Below, one piece after another: positions 13,538 through 23,664 of a DNA stretch of 64,000 nt. Location: assembly GCA_036008325.1 (NCBI GenBank), contig DASYNW010000199.1:607-64606 (forward strand), read 5' to 3'. Each line of letters begins with the position of its first letter. Within the stretch, counting starts at the first letter, position 1. The notes under the pieces were generated by a model. That model made no database searches. It had not been told where the DNA came from and worked only from the letters and a program-made list of their open reading frames with translations. The stretch comes from Stellaceae bacterium. GTDB lineage: Bacteria > Pseudomonadota > Alphaproteobacteria > ATCC43930 > CGMCC-115725. A program made the position numbers and the translations under genes.

Positions 13538-14958
13538 CGGGAGTGGCTCCGTCTTCCGAGCGCCGCGAGGTCGCCGGGCAGATTGTTGGCCCACAGAGTG
13601 ATCGAACCGGCGCCGAGGCACACCACCATGTCTCCGGGCCGGGCCAGCTCAGCCACCAGCGGTGCGAGATCGCGCGGATCCTCCAATGCGCGGACATTGC
13701 GATGCCCGTGCTCGGTGAGCCCTGCGACGATCGCATCTCGGGTCACCCCCTCGATCGGGGCCTCGCCGGCGGCGTAGATATCGGCGACGAGGACAAGGTC
13801 GGCATCGTTGAACGCGGTGCAGAACCCGTCGAACAGGTGGGACACGCGGCTATAGCGATGCGGCTGCACCACGGCGATGACCTTGCCGGAAACGATGGCC
13901 CGCGCCGCCTTCAATACCGCTGCGATCTCGACCGGGTGATGACCGTAATCGTCTATTATCGTCACCCCGTTCCACTCGCCTATCTTGGTAAAACGGCGCT
14001 TGACGCCCTTGAAGTTGCGCAAGGCCCCGCGCAAGGCGTCGTCGCCGAGCCCGAGCGCCTCGCCGACCGCCGCTGCGGCCAGCGAATTCTGCACGTTGTG
14101 CTGTCCGAACATTGGCAGAAACAGGTTTGGGATGGTACGCCCGCGCTCTGCCAGCCCGTCCGACACGACGACGTCGAAGCGCGCCCCGTCGCGCCCGAGC
14201 TTGAGATCGACGGCGCGGATGTCGGCCTGCGGGCTCAGCCCGTAGGTCAATACCCGGCGATCGGAAAGCTTGGGGATCATCCCCTGCACGACCGGGTGGT
14301 CGATGCACAAGGCGGCAAACCCGTAGAACGGGATGTTGCCGATAAACGTCTCGAACGCCTGACGCAACTCGTCGAAGCCGCCGTAGAAGTCGAGGTGCTC
14401 GGGGTCGATGTTGGTGACGATCGCGACCGTTGCCGGCAGCCGGGTGAAGGTGCCGTCGCTCTCATCGGCTTCGACCACCATCCAATCGCCGGCGCCGAGC
14501 CTCGTGTTGGTGCCGTAGGCGTTGATGATGCCGCCGTTGATCACGGTCGGATCGAGCTGCGCGGTTTCGAGCAAGGCGCCGATCAGCGAGGTCGTCGTCG
14601 TCTTGCCGTGGGTCCCGGCGATCGCCAGCGACCATTTGAGCCGCATCAGCTCGGCCAGCATCTCGGCGCGCCGCACCACCGGGAGGCGCCGCCCGCGCGC
14701 GACGAGGATCTCGGGATTGTCGGGGCCGACCGCCGAGGAGATCACAACGACCTCGGCCGCCCCCAGATTGGCCGCGTCATGCCCGACCGCGACCGGGATG
14801 CCGAGCCCGGTCAGGCGGCGAACATTGGCGCTGTCGGCAACGTCGCTGCCCTGCACGCTATAGCCGAGATTGTGCAGTACCTCGGCGATGCCGCTCATGC
14901 CGATGCCGCCGATGCCAACGAAGTGCAGCGGCCCGATGGTCAGCGGCAATGCCCTCAT
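13534..14958 (-). CDS. murC: UDP-N-acetylmuramate--L-alanine ligase MurC
   Basis: [33 protein letters not shown] and [10 protein letters not shown] motifs are present. The 709-aa ORF is trimmed to ATG 14958 (ATGA overlap with the murG stop). Confidence 0.95.
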   Translation of the reverse strand: MRALPLTIGPLHFVGIGGIGMSGIAEVLHNLGYSVQGSDVADSANVRRLTGLGIPVAVGHDAANLGAAEVVVISSAVGPDNPEILVARGRRLPVVRRAEMLAELMRLKWSLAIAGTHGKTTTTSLIGALLETAQLDPTVINGGIINAYGTNTRLGAGDWMVVEADESDGTFTRLPATVAIVTNIDPEHLDFYGGFDELRQAFETFIGNIPFYGFAALCIDHPVVQGMIPKLSDRRVLTYGLSPQADIRAVDLKLGRDGARFDVVVSDGLAERGRTIPNLFLPMFGQHNVQNSLAAAAVGEALGLGDDALRGALRNFKGVKRRFTKIGEWNGVTIIDDYGHHPVEIAAVLKAARAIVSGKVIAVVQPHRYSRVSHLFDGFCTAFNDADLVLVADIYAAGEAPIEGVTRDAIVAGLTEHGHRNVRALEDPRDLAPLVAELARPGDMVVCLGAGSITLWANNLPGDLAALGRRSHSR

Positions 14959-16070
14959 GCCGCGCGCCCCCGCACTGCGCCGCCGGGTTCGAGCGCCAGA
15001 GCCAACCGCGCCAAATGTCGGGCGGCATCGCGCCGGCCAAAACCAAGGGCGCGCTGCGCTGCGATGGTCAATGACGCGGCGTCGGCGAAATGGCTGTCGA
15101 GGCGGGCGGCGAGCGTATCGGGGCTGACATCGGCCTGGGCGATGACCCAGCCGCCCCCGGCGGTGGCGAAGGCCTGGGCGTTCGCGGTCTGATGGTCGTC
15201 GGTCGCGTGCGGGTAGGGGATCAGCAGGGCCGGCCGGCCGATTGCTGCGAGCTCGGCCACGGTCGAGGCGCCGGCGCGGCAGATCGCCAGATGCGCCCGC
15301 GCCAACCGCTGCGGCACATCGGCGAAGAAACTGTCTACCTCCGCGGCGATGCCGGTCTCGGCGTAGGACTTGGCGACGGCGGCGAGATCTTCGCGGCGCG
15401 CCTGCTGGCTCACCCTTAGGACCGCCCGCAGGCCGGATGGCAGCGCGGCCAGAGCGGGTGGCACGATCGTGCTGAGAATGTGGGCGCCCTGGCTGCCGCC
15501 GAGGATCAGCAATTCGACCGGCCCGCCGGGCAACGGCGGCCGATAGCCGGACCAGCCGGCCGCCAGGATCGCCGGCCTGACCGGGTTCCCGGTTTGGACC
15601 GCACGGATTCGATCGAGCGGACGTAGGCCAATGGTCTCGGGAAAGCCGGTGGCGATCCGCCACGCCCGTGGCGCCAGCCGCCGGTTGGCGCGACCGAGCA
15701 CCGCATTCTGCTCGTGAATGAGAGTCGGCAACCCGAGCGATGCCGCGGCCACCATTGTCGGTAACGACGGATAGCCGCCAAAGCCAATCACCGCCTGCGG
15801 CGCCAGCCGGCGCAGCAGGCGGCGCGCCTGCACGGCGCCGGCGGCCAGTTCGGCCAGGCCGTAGGCAGCGCGAACCGGACCGCCGCCGATCCGGCCGGAG
15901 CGCACCTCATGGATCGCCACATCGGGCAGGCTCATGGCAAAGGCATCTGCGCGCGAATCGGTCAGCAGGTGCACCCGCGCGCCGCTCTCGATCAATTCGA
16001 CGGCGAGTGCCTCGGCCGGGAACAGATGGCCGCCGGTTCCGCCCGCGGCAAGAACGAAGGCGGCGCTCAC
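14955..16070 (-). CDS. murG: Undecaprenyldiphospho-muramoylpentapeptide beta-N-acetylglucosaminyltransferase MurG
   Basis: [16 protein letters not shown] is the G-loop, and a C-terminal GASTVAEL motif is present. GTG 16070 overlaps the ftsW stop (GTGA). Confidence 0.95.
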   Translation of the reverse strand: MSAAFVLAAGGTGGHLFPAEALAVELIESGARVHLLTDSRADAFAMSLPDVAIHEVRSGRIGGGPVRAAYGLAELAAGAVQARRLLRRLAPQAVIGFGGYPSLPTMVAAASLGLPTLIHEQNAVLGRANRRLAPRAWRIATGFPETIGLRPLDRIRAVQTGNPVRPAILAAGWSGYRPPLPGGPVELLILGGSQGAHILSTIVPPALAALPSGLRAVLRVSQQARREDLAAVAKSYAETGIAAEVDSFFADVPQRLARAHLAICRAGASTVAELAAIGRPALLIPYPHATDDHQTANAQAFATAGGGWVIAQADVSPDTLAARLDSHFADAASLTIAAQRALGFGRRDAARHLARLALALEPGGAVRGRAA

Positions 16071-17185
16071 AACGCACTTCCTGCGAGCCGGCGGCGGGTC
16101 AGCGCCAACAGCATCCCCATCCCCAATCCGAGCGCCAGCATCGAGGAGCCGCCATAGGACAGAAACGGCAGGGTCATCCCCTTGGTCGGCATCATACGCA
16201 AGGTCGAGGCCATGTTGATGATCGCCTGCAGCCCGAACTGGATCAACAGGCCGGTGGCCGAAAGCAGCACGAACAGGCTGCCCTCCTGGCGCAGCCGCGA
16301 CAGTCCGCGCAGCACGACAAAGGCGAACAACGCGACTACGACGAGGCAGACGATCAGGCCGAATTCCTCGCCGACGACGGCGAAGACGAAATCGGCGTGG
16401 GCGTCAGGGAGCACATATTTGACCGTGCCCTCGCCCGGCCCACGACCCCACAATCCGCCATTGGCAAAGGCTTCGAGCGAACGGGTGACTTGGTAGCTGT
16501 CGCCGGCGGTCGGGTCGAGAAAATGATCGACCCGGATCTTGACATGCGGCAGCCAGGTATAGGCGGCGGCCAGCGCCCCGACCCCGCCGAGGCCGAACAG
16601 CGCCGCCCAATAGAGCCGCAGCCCGGCCATGTAGAACTGCCCGAACCAGACCGTCGCCACGACCGCCGCCATGCCGATATCGGGCTGCGCGATCAGCATG
16701 CCGAGGACCAAAAGCATCAGCGCCGCGCAGATCAGATTGCCGGGAAAGCCGCGGCGCAGCTTTTGCTCCGAGAACAGCCAGGCGGAGACGACGGCGAAAC
16801 ACGGCTTGACGAACTCGGAGGGTTGCAGCGCCACCAGCGGAAAATTGATCCAACGGCGCGCGCCCTTGATATCGGCGCCGACGACAAAGGTCAGCGCCAG
16901 CAGCACGATCCCGATGCCGAAACCGATAAAGGCGATACGGCGCACGGTCCGCGGCGTCTGCAGCGAAATGACGAACATGAGCGCGATCGTCACCGGCAGC
17001 AGGGCAAGGTAGCGGCGCACGAAATGGAGCGCGTCATAGCCGATCCGCTCGGCCACGGCCGGGCTTGCCGACAAACTCATGACCACGCCGAAACCCATCA
17101 GCACGATGAGGGCGGTGAGGCTCCAGCGATCGACGGTCCACCACCATCGGGCCACCGGGCTCTGGTCGATGCGCGCGAACCTCAT
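16067..17185 (-). CDS. ftsW: Peptidoglycan glycosyltransferase FtsW (SEDS family)
   Basis: Polytopic SEDS protein with INFPLVALQPSEFVKP, PDAHADFVFAVVGEEFG and TKGMTLPFLSYGGSS. Trimmed to ATG 17185 (372 aa). Confidence 0.9.
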   Translation of the reverse strand: MRFARIDQSPVARWWWTVDRWSLTALIVLMGFGVVMSLSASPAVAERIGYDALHFVRRYLALLPVTIALMFVISLQTPRTVRRIAFIGFGIGIVLLALTFVVGADIKGARRWINFPLVALQPSEFVKPCFAVVSAWLFSEQKLRRGFPGNLICAALMLLVLGMLIAQPDIGMAAVVATVWFGQFYMAGLRLYWAALFGLGGVGALAAAYTWLPHVKIRVDHFLDPTAGDSYQVTRSLEAFANGGLWGRGPGEGTVKYVLPDAHADFVFAVVGEEFGLIVCLVVVALFAFVVLRGLSRLRQEGSLFVLLSATGLLIQFGLQAIINMASTLRMMPTKGMTLPFLSYGGSSMLALGLGMGMLLALTRRRLAGSAL

Positions 17186-17319
17186 CAGGATCGGCCCTCG
17201 CCATTCGAAGCGGGTCGGCTGAACGGGTCGGCCGGCCACCTCCCGGCGGCTCCGCAGATATAGCGGATCTGAACGTCCCTGGCTGCCAGATGTGCGAAGT
17301 GGCTGAGTAACATCCTGAG

Positions 17320-18408
17320 CTACCGCAGCTTGAGCGTGGCTAGCCCGGCAATCGCCAGGATCGAGGCGATTATCCAAAAGCGGATGACGATCGTCGGCTC
17401 CTGCCAGCCTTTCTGCTCGAAGTGATGGTGCAGCGGCGCCATGCGAAAGACGCGGCGCCCGGTGATCTTGAAGCTGGCGACCTGGACGATGACCGAGACC
17501 GCCTCGAGCACGAAGAGGCCGCCGATGATCACCAGCACCAACTCGTGCTTGGTGACGATGCTGATGGTCCCGAGCGCGCCGCCGATCGCCAGCGAGCCGG
17601 TATCGCCCATAAAGACCATTGCCGGCGGAGCGTTGAACCACAGAAACCCGAGGCTGGCCCCGACCATGGCGCCGCAAAATACCGTCAGCTCGCCGGCGCC
17701 CGGCACGTGGTGGATCTGCAAATAGTTGGCAAAGATCGCATTGCCGACCAGATAGGCGATCAGGGCAAAGCAGCCGGCGGCGATGATCGCCGGCACGATG
17801 GCCAGCCCGTCGAGCCCGTCGGTCAGGTTGACCGCGTTCGAGGCGCCGATGATGACAACGACGCCGAACGGCACGAAAAGCCCATCGAGATCGATCAGCA
17901 CATTCTTGAAGAACGGCACGGCCAGGGTATCGGCCAGCGGCGCCGGGGTCACTCGGACGAGAACGACACAGGCGACCGCGCCGACCCCGATTTCGAGGAC
18001 AATCTTGGTCCAGCCGGACAGCCCGCGGTGCGAGTTGCTGGTGAGCTTTTTGTAATCGTCAAAAAAACCGATCAGCCCGAAACCGACGGTGACCAGCAAC
18101 ACGATCCAGACATAGGGATTGGTCAGATCCGCCCAGAGCAGGGTCGCCACGGTCAGCGCCAGCAGGATCAGGAACCCGCCCATGGTCGGCGTTCCCTTTT
18201 TGCGGGTCAGGTGGCCCGCCGGACCATCAAGGCGAATCGGCTGGCCGTTGGTCTGCTTGGAGCGCAGCCAGGCGATGATCGGCCGGCCAAAGACAAAACT
18301 GATCAACAATGCGGTAACGACCGCCCCGCCCGAGCGAAAAGTGATGTAACGGAACAGGTTGAAAGCCTGGAAACGATCGGCGAGCGGGTAGAGCAGCGGG
18401 TAGAGCAT
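17320..18408 (-). CDS. mraY: Phospho-N-acetylmuramoyl-pentapeptide-transferase MraY
   Basis: [51 protein letters not shown] and [12 protein letters not shown] are present. Start ATG 18408. Confidence 0.95.
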   Translation of the reverse strand: MLYPLLYPLADRFQAFNLFRYITFRSGGAVVTALLISFVFGRPIIAWLRSKQTNGQPIRLDGPAGHLTRKKGTPTMGGFLILLALTVATLLWADLTNPYVWIVLLVTVGFGLIGFFDDYKKLTSNSHRGLSGWTKIVLEIGVGAVACVVLVRVTPAPLADTLAVPFFKNVLIDLDGLFVPFGVVVIIGASNAVNLTDGLDGLAIVPAIIAAGCFALIAYLVGNAIFANYLQIHHVPGAGELTVFCGAMVGASLGFLWFNAPPAMVFMGDTGSLAIGGALGTISIVTKHELVLVIIGGLFVLEAVSVIVQVASFKITGRRVFRMAPLHHHFEQKGWQEPTIVIRFWIIASILAIAGLATLKLR

Positions 18409-18412
18409 CGAA

Positions 18413-19819
18413 TCAGGCCTCACGCTGCGCCGATTCGGCGATAAGCCGCTCGACAATGTAGCCGAGGCGCACCGCCCAGGAGCCTTTGACCATCACGATG
18501 TCGCCGGGACGAAGGAAATCGAGGAGAGGTGGGATAGCCTGATCGGCAGACCGCCACAAGCCGCCGCGGCGGTGCTCGGGCAGCGCCTCGTCGAGCGCCG
18601 CCATTTCGCTGCCGATCAGGAACGCGCGATCGACCCCGGCCGCGTCGAGCGCTCCGACCAACTCGCGATGCAGGCGCCCGGCGGCATCGCCAAGTTCGCG
18701 CATGTCGCCGAGCACCGCCACCCGGCGGCCGCCGGCGGCAGGCATGGCGGCGGCGAGCACCGCGAGAGCGGCGGCCATCGACGGCGGGCTCGCATTATAG
18801 CTCTCGTCGATCAGGGTCAGGCTGGCGCCGCGCCAGGCGAGCTGGTGGCGGCGACCGCGGCCGGGCATCGCCTCGAGACCCGACAGCGCCTCAGCCGCCG
18901 CTCCCAGGTCGCAGCCGGCGGCCAACGCCGCCCCGAGAACTGCGAGCCCGTTCATGACCCAGTGCCGCCCTGGAAGCGGCAAGCGAAAGCGCAGCTTCGC
19001 GCCGGCGGCGGCCGCATCGACCGCGCTGCCATCAGGCCCGAGCACGCAGTCGACGAGCCGGATCGTGGCCTGCGGATCGGCGCCGAAGCCGATCAGCCGG
19101 GCCACCCCCGCGCGCGTCGCCGCTTCGGCCAGGCGACGAAATTGCGGGTTGTCGCGATTGAGAACCGCGGCGCCGCCGGGTTCGAGCCCGAGAAAGATTT
19201 CAGCCTTGGCGTCGGCAATCGCCTCGAGCGAGGCGAAAAAGCCGAGATGAACCGGCTCGACCGTGGTGATCAGCGCAACGTGGGGCCGGACCAGGCGGCT
19301 TAGCGCGGCGATTTCGCCCGGGTGATTCATGCCTAGCTCGAAGACCCCGTAGGCCGCGCCGGGTGGCAGCCGGGCCAGCGACAGCGGGACGCCCCAGTGA
19401 TTGTTCAAACTGCCGGCGGAAGCGAAAGCCGGGGCGCAGGCGCCGAGCGCCAGGCGCAGCGCTTCTTTGGTTCCGGTCTTGCCGACGCTGCCGGTGACCG
19501 CGACGATCCGGGCATCGCTGCGGGCGCGGGCAAAGCCGCCGAGTGCTGCGAGCGCTGCGAGCGTGTCGCCGACCCGCAGCAATGCCGCCTCGGCCGGCAG
19601 CCAGGGAATTTCGCGATCGACCATCGCCGCCGCGGCGCCGCGCGCGAATGCCGCGGCGACAAAATCGTGGCCGTCATGGCTGGGTCCGCCCAGGGCGACG
19701 AAGAGGTCGCCGGCCGCGAGCGTGCGGCTGTCGATCGACACGCCGGTTGCCGCCCAATCGGCAGCGCTCGTGCCGCCGGTCGCGCGGACGGCGTCCGCCC
19801 TGGTCCACAGCGGCGTCAT
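18413..19819 (-). CDS. murF: UDP-N-acetylmuramoyl-tripeptide--D-alanyl-D-alanine ligase MurF
   Basis: [35 protein letters not shown] and a Mur ligase C-terminal region are present. ATG 19819 overlaps the murE stop (ATGA). Confidence 0.9.
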   Translation of the reverse strand: MTPLWTRADAVRATGGTSAADWAATGVSIDSRTLAAGDLFVALGGPSHDGHDFVAAAFARGAAAAMVDREIPWLPAEAALLRVGDTLAALAALGGFARARSDARIVAVTGSVGKTGTKEALRLALGACAPAFASAGSLNNHWGVPLSLARLPPGAAYGVFELGMNHPGEIAALSRLVRPHVALITTVEPVHLGFFASLEAIADAKAEIFLGLEPGGAAVLNRDNPQFRRLAEAATRAGVARLIGFGADPQATIRLVDCVLGPDGSAVDAAAAGAKLRFRLPLPGRHWVMNGLAVLGAALAAGCDLGAAAEALSGLEAMPGRGRRHQLAWRGASLTLIDESYNASPPSMAAALAVLAAAMPAAGGRRVAVLGDMRELGDAAGRLHRELVGALDAAGVDRAFLIGSEMAALDEALPEHRRGGLWRSADQAIPPLLDFLRPGDIVMVKGSWAVRLGYIVERLIAESAQREA

Positions 19820-21315
19820 CCGCCGACCCGCCGGCAGCCGGGGCTGGGGCCGTGCCCGGCGATCTCGCGGGCGATTTCTGCGTCGTCGAACGGGATCGTC
19901 TGGCCGCCAACGATTTGTCCGGTCTCGTGGCCCTTGCCGGCGATTACTAAGAGGTCGCCCGGGCCGAGGCCGGCGATCGCGACCTCGATCGCATCACGGC
20001 GGTCGCCGATCTCGATCGAGCCGGGTGCGGCGGCGAGGATCGCACGGCGGATCGCGCCCGGGTTTTCGTCGCGCGGATTGTCGTCGCTCACATAGACCCG
20101 GTCGGCCGCCTCCGTGGCAATGCGCCCCATCAGCACGCGCTTTCCCGGGTCGCGGTCGCCGCCGCAGCCGAACAGCACGACGAGCCGCCCGGCCGCGTGC
20201 GGGCGAAGGGCGGCCAGCACCGCCGCAAGTGCATCCGGGGTGTGCGCATAATCGACGACGATCGGGGCTCCGAGGGCGGTTTCGGCGACGAATTGGAGCC
20301 GGCCCGGAACCCCGCTCAGCCGGACGAGGGCCGCGATTGCCGCCTCGGCCGGGACCCCGGTCGCGATCGCCAGACCGAGCGCCGCCAGCGCGTTCAGCGC
20401 CTGGAATTGGCCGAGCAGCGGCAGCCGCAGATCATAGCGTCGACCGAAGATTTCGAGGACAAGATCCTGATCGCGCTCGCGCGGCCGCGCGGTCACCAGC
20501 CGCAGTTCCGCCGCCAGATCGGCGCCATAGCCGATAACCGGGTGGCCATGGTCGCGGCAGAACGCCTCCAGATGCGCAAATTCGCCGCTGTCGCGGTTCA
20601 GGATCGCCGGCCGACCCGACCCCAATAGCGTTGTGAACAGCCGTTCCTTGGCGGCGCGGTAGCCCGCCATGTTGCGGTGATAATCGAGGTGGTCGCGGGT
20701 CAGATTGGTAAAGGCGGCGGCCGCGACCGACAGACCGTCGAGACGGAATTGGGCGAGACCGTGGCTCGACGCCTCGACCGCGAGATGCTCGATCCCGGCG
20801 TCGCACAGGGCGGCAAGATCGCGGTGGAGGCAGATCGGGTCGGGCGTCGTCAGCGCGCCGTTGCTGCGCCCCGCCGGGGTCACCAGGCCAAGGGTCCCGA
20901 GGCTCGCGGCAGGGAGGCCGACGGCGGTCCAGATTTCGCGGGTGAAATGGGCCACCGAGGTCTTGCCATTGGTGCCGGTAACGGCGGCGATGGTTCGCGG
21001 CTGCCGGCGGTAAAAGCGCGCCGCAAGCTGGGCCAGCCGGCGATGCGGATTGGCGTCGGTGACGATCGCCACTTGGCCGCGCTGTTCCGCCGCGAGGTTG
21101 AGCGCTGCGGCATCGTCGGTCAGGATCGCGACCGCGCCGCGGGAAGCTGCCTCGCCGGCGAACGCCCGGCCATCAAGCTTGGAGCCGGGCAATGCGGCAA
21201 ACAAGAAGCCCGGAAAAACGGCGCGCGAATCAGCCGTGAGCCCGACAATTTCCGGATCGGCCTGTGGGTCGGCCATGGGCCGGCCGGCGGCATCGATCAG
21301 CTCAATAAGCTTCAA
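19816..21315 (-). CDS. murE: UDP-N-acetylmuramoyl-L-alanyl-D-glutamate--2,6-diaminopimelate ligase MurE
   Basis: GLTADSRAVFPGFLFAALPGSKLDGRAF, VTGTNGKTS and DNPRDE motifs are present. The ORF starts at TTG 21315 and overlaps the ftsI end by 14 nt. ATG 21276 is an alternative start. Confidence 0.9.
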   Translation of the reverse strand: MKLIELIDAAGRPMADPQADPEIVGLTADSRAVFPGFLFAALPGSKLDGRAFAGEAASRGAVAILTDDAAALNLAAEQRGQVAIVTDANPHRRLAQLAARFYRRQPRTIAAVTGTNGKTSVAHFTREIWTAVGLPAASLGTLGLVTPAGRSNGALTTPDPICLHRDLAALCDAGIEHLAVEASSHGLAQFRLDGLSVAAAAFTNLTRDHLDYHRNMAGYRAAKERLFTTLLGSGRPAILNRDSGEFAHLEAFCRDHGHPVIGYGADLAAELRLVTARPRERDQDLVLEIFGRRYDLRLPLLGQFQALNALAALGLAIATGVPAEAAIAALVRLSGVPGRLQFVAETALGAPIVVDYAHTPDALAAVLAALRPHAAGRLVVLFGCGGDRDPGKRVLMGRIATEAADRVYVSDDNPRDENPGAIRRAILAAAPGSIEIGDRRDAIEVAIAGLGPGDLLVIAGKGHETGQIVGGQTIPFDDAEIAREIAGHGPSPGCRRVGG

Positions 21316-23080
21316 TCCGCTTACCTTGCAGGCTTACCGGCATCAATGCCTGGACCACGGCGGGCGAGGATTCGTCGACCGGCTGCACGCCGAGCAATGG
21401 CGCAATGCGCACGATCGTGCGGCCGACAGCCGGGGCCGCGGTCCAACCCGCGGTGGCAAAGCCGTGGCTCGCCTTGGTGCCGTGCGGGTCGTCGACCATC
21501 ACCAGGACCAAGTATTTGGGGGCGGTCATCGGGAACGCCCCGACAAAGCTCGACCGCACCCGGTCGGCGGAATAGCGCCCGCCGATGACCCTGTTGGCGG
21601 TGCCGGTCTTGCCGCCGACGACGTAGCCTGGCGCGTCGACCATCATGCCGGTCCCGTACTGGACCACCAGCCGGAATAGCTTGCGCATGTGCGCCGAGGT
21701 TTCCGGCGAAATGACCTGACGGCCTTGCGGCGCGTCGTCGGGCGGCAGCTTGAGCAGGGTCGCCTGGCGCAGCACCCCACCGTTCACCATCGCCGCGGCT
21801 GCGCTGGCGAGCTGCAGCGGAGTTTCGGAGATGCCGTGGCCGAAACCAATCGTCATGACGTTGACCTCGCGCCAATGCACCGGATCGGGAAAGTGGGGTC
21901 GGCCGATCTCTTTCAGCTCGAAGGTCGGCGAGGTCAGCAACCCGAAGCGGCGCAGGTATTCCTGCTGCCGCACGCCGCCGACCGCAAGCGCGATTTTGGC
22001 CTCGCCGATATTGGACGAATACATCAGGATTTCCGGCACGCTGAGCCAGCGCCGCTTGCCGTGATAATCGGAGATCGTGAAGCGCCCGATGTGGATCGGG
22101 TTGGTCGCGTCAAATCTGCCGGTCATCGTCGTGGCGCCGCAGTCGAGCGCCATCGCAGTTGTAAAAATCTTGAACATCGAGCCGATTTCATAGTCGCCGA
22201 GAGTGACCCGGTTGAACATCCGCTGGGCGATCGGAACGTTCGGATGGTTCGGATCCGGCATGTCGGGATGGTTCGGATCGAAGTCCGGCAAGGACACCAT
22301 TGCCAGCACCTCGCCGGTATTGACGTTCATGATCAGCCCGGCGGCGCCCTTGGCGGTGAAGTCGTCGAAAACGCGCTGCATTTCTTCGTGGAGGATATAT
22401 TGGAGGCGCAGGTCGATCGACAGCTGCACCGGCTCCTGCCGGCCGCGCAGTTGGTTGTCGAGACCGCGCTCGATCCCGGCCAGACCGTTGTCGTCGATCC
22501 CGGCATAGCCGATCGCGTGCGACAACAGGCTGCCATAGGGATAGACCCGGCGCTCTTCGTGGGCGAATTGCAATCCCGGAATCCCCAGTTGGTTGACTGC
22601 ATATTCCTGGTCTGGGGTCAGGTGGCGCTTGATCCAGACGAAGCCCTTGCGGGATTTGAGCTTGACCTGGAGCTGGGCGCGGTCGAGACCCGGCAGGGTG
22701 GCCACCAGCTTGCGGGCCACCTCGTCGGCGTCGGTGATCTGTCGCGGGTCAGCGTAAAGCGAGGGGCTGTCGAGCGTCGTCGCCAACAGCTTGCCGTGGC
22801 GGTCGATGATGTCGGCGCGGCCGGGTGGCGGCGGCGGAGCCGGGTGGAAGCGCGCAATGTAAGGGACGGTGACGGCGCCGGGGAACAAGGTGACCTGAAC
22901 CAGCCGCCCGGCGATGATCGCGAAGAGAAGGACGAAAGCGGTGCTGGCCACGAGGAGGCGGCCGCGGCCGCCGTCGAGCGCCCGCCTTGCCGGGCCGTCC
23001 GGGACCACCGGGGCGCAGGGCGGCGGCTTGAAATGCCGCGGCCGGCATGGATTGTCCTTGAACTGATGGACCGCGCTCAT
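21302..23080 (-). CDS. ftsI: Peptidoglycan D,D-transpeptidase FtsI (PBP3)
   Basis: An N-terminal TM helix and PBP dimerisation region are followed by a transpeptidase domain with SMFK (SxxK) and KTGT motifs. The start is ATG 23080 (1-nt overlap with the ftsL stop) or GTG 23083. Confidence 0.9.
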   Translation of the reverse strand: MSAVHQFKDNPCRPRHFKPPPCAPVVPDGPARRALDGGRGRLLVASTAFVLLFAIIAGRLVQVTLFPGAVTVPYIARFHPAPPPPPGRADIIDRHGKLLATTLDSPSLYADPRQITDADEVARKLVATLPGLDRAQLQVKLKSRKGFVWIKRHLTPDQEYAVNQLGIPGLQFAHEERRVYPYGSLLSHAIGYAGIDDNGLAGIERGLDNQLRGRQEPVQLSIDLRLQYILHEEMQRVFDDFTAKGAAGLIMNVNTGEVLAMVSLPDFDPNHPDMPDPNHPNVPIAQRMFNRVTLGDYEIGSMFKIFTTAMALDCGATTMTGRFDATNPIHIGRFTISDYHGKRRWLSVPEILMYSSNIGEAKIALAVGGVRQQEYLRRFGLLTSPTFELKEIGRPHFPDPVHWREVNVMTIGFGHGISETPLQLASAAAAMVNGGVLRQATLLKLPPDDAPQGRQVISPETSAHMRKLFRLVVQYGTGMMVDAPGYVVGGKTGTANRVIGGRYSADRVRSSFVGAFPMTAPKYLVLVMVDDPHGTKASHGFATAGWTAAPAVGRTIVRIAPLLGVQPVDESSPAVVQALMPVSLQGKRIEAY

Positions 23081-23664
23081 CACCGGCTCTCCGCAATCTG
23101 AGCAATCAAGGCGTCGAGCGACCGAACCCGCGGCGCCGGGTTGTGGCGCGCTGCGGCTTTGATCAGGATCGGGCGCGCCGGCTCCGATGCCGGCGCCCGA
23201 GCCTGAACCGCGGCGGCGGCCACCGGCGCCGGGCTCTGCGCTATCGGCTTTGGGGTCGCCGATTGTTGCGCGGGCGCAGAAGCTGGGGATTGTGCGGCGA
23301 CAGGACCGCTCGGGACCAGCGATCCGCCCCGCTGCGGTGTGGTTTCGGCGACGACTGCGGCGGCCTCGACAGGCGGTGGCGGTGGCGGCCGCATCGGGAT
23401 GTCAGCGACGCTGGCGATCAGCTGCTTCGTCGCAATTGGCAGCAAGGATAGATAACGCTGATTCATCGCGGCCAGCGCGTCCGGCCGGTTCAGGTATGCC
23501 CAGTCGGCATCGAGCACGCGAACGTCGCGCTCGGCGTCGTCCGCCTGCCTGCTGGTATGGGCGAGCTGGTCGGCCAGCGCCTGAACCTCGTACTTGACCG
23601 CGAACATGGCAAACCCGGTCGCCGAGACCAGGATCAGCCAAAACAGGGTGGAGAGCCTGATCAT
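23080..23664 (-). CDS. ftsL: Cell division protein FtsL-like (single-pass, alphaproteobacterial type, long P/A-rich tail)
   Basis: Located between rsmH and ftsI. MIRLSTLFWLILVSATGFAMFAVKYEVQAL is a TM helix followed by a coiled segment. ATG 23664 overlaps the rsmH stop (ATGA). Confidence 0.7.
   Translation of the reverse strand: MIRLSTLFWLILVSATGFAMFAVKYEVQALADQLAHTSRQADDAERDVRVLDADWAYLNRPDALAAMNQRYLSLLPIATKQLIASVADIPMRPPPPPPVEAAAVVAETTPQRGGSLVPSGPVAAQSPASAPAQQSATPKPIAQSPAPVAAAAVQARAPASEPARPILIKAAARHNPAPRVRSLDALIAQIAESR

Noticed and set aside
13534-15663. Very long N-terminal extensions of track ORFs (murC 709 aa, ftsA 751 aa, rsmH 617 aa, ftsW 536 aa, ligA 868 aa, recN 615 aa, ubiG 368 aa)
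   Set aside because: The extensions are arginine-rich nonsense that reads through the upstream gene in another frame. In each case the conserved protein begins at an internal ATG/GTG that overlaps the upstream stop codon.
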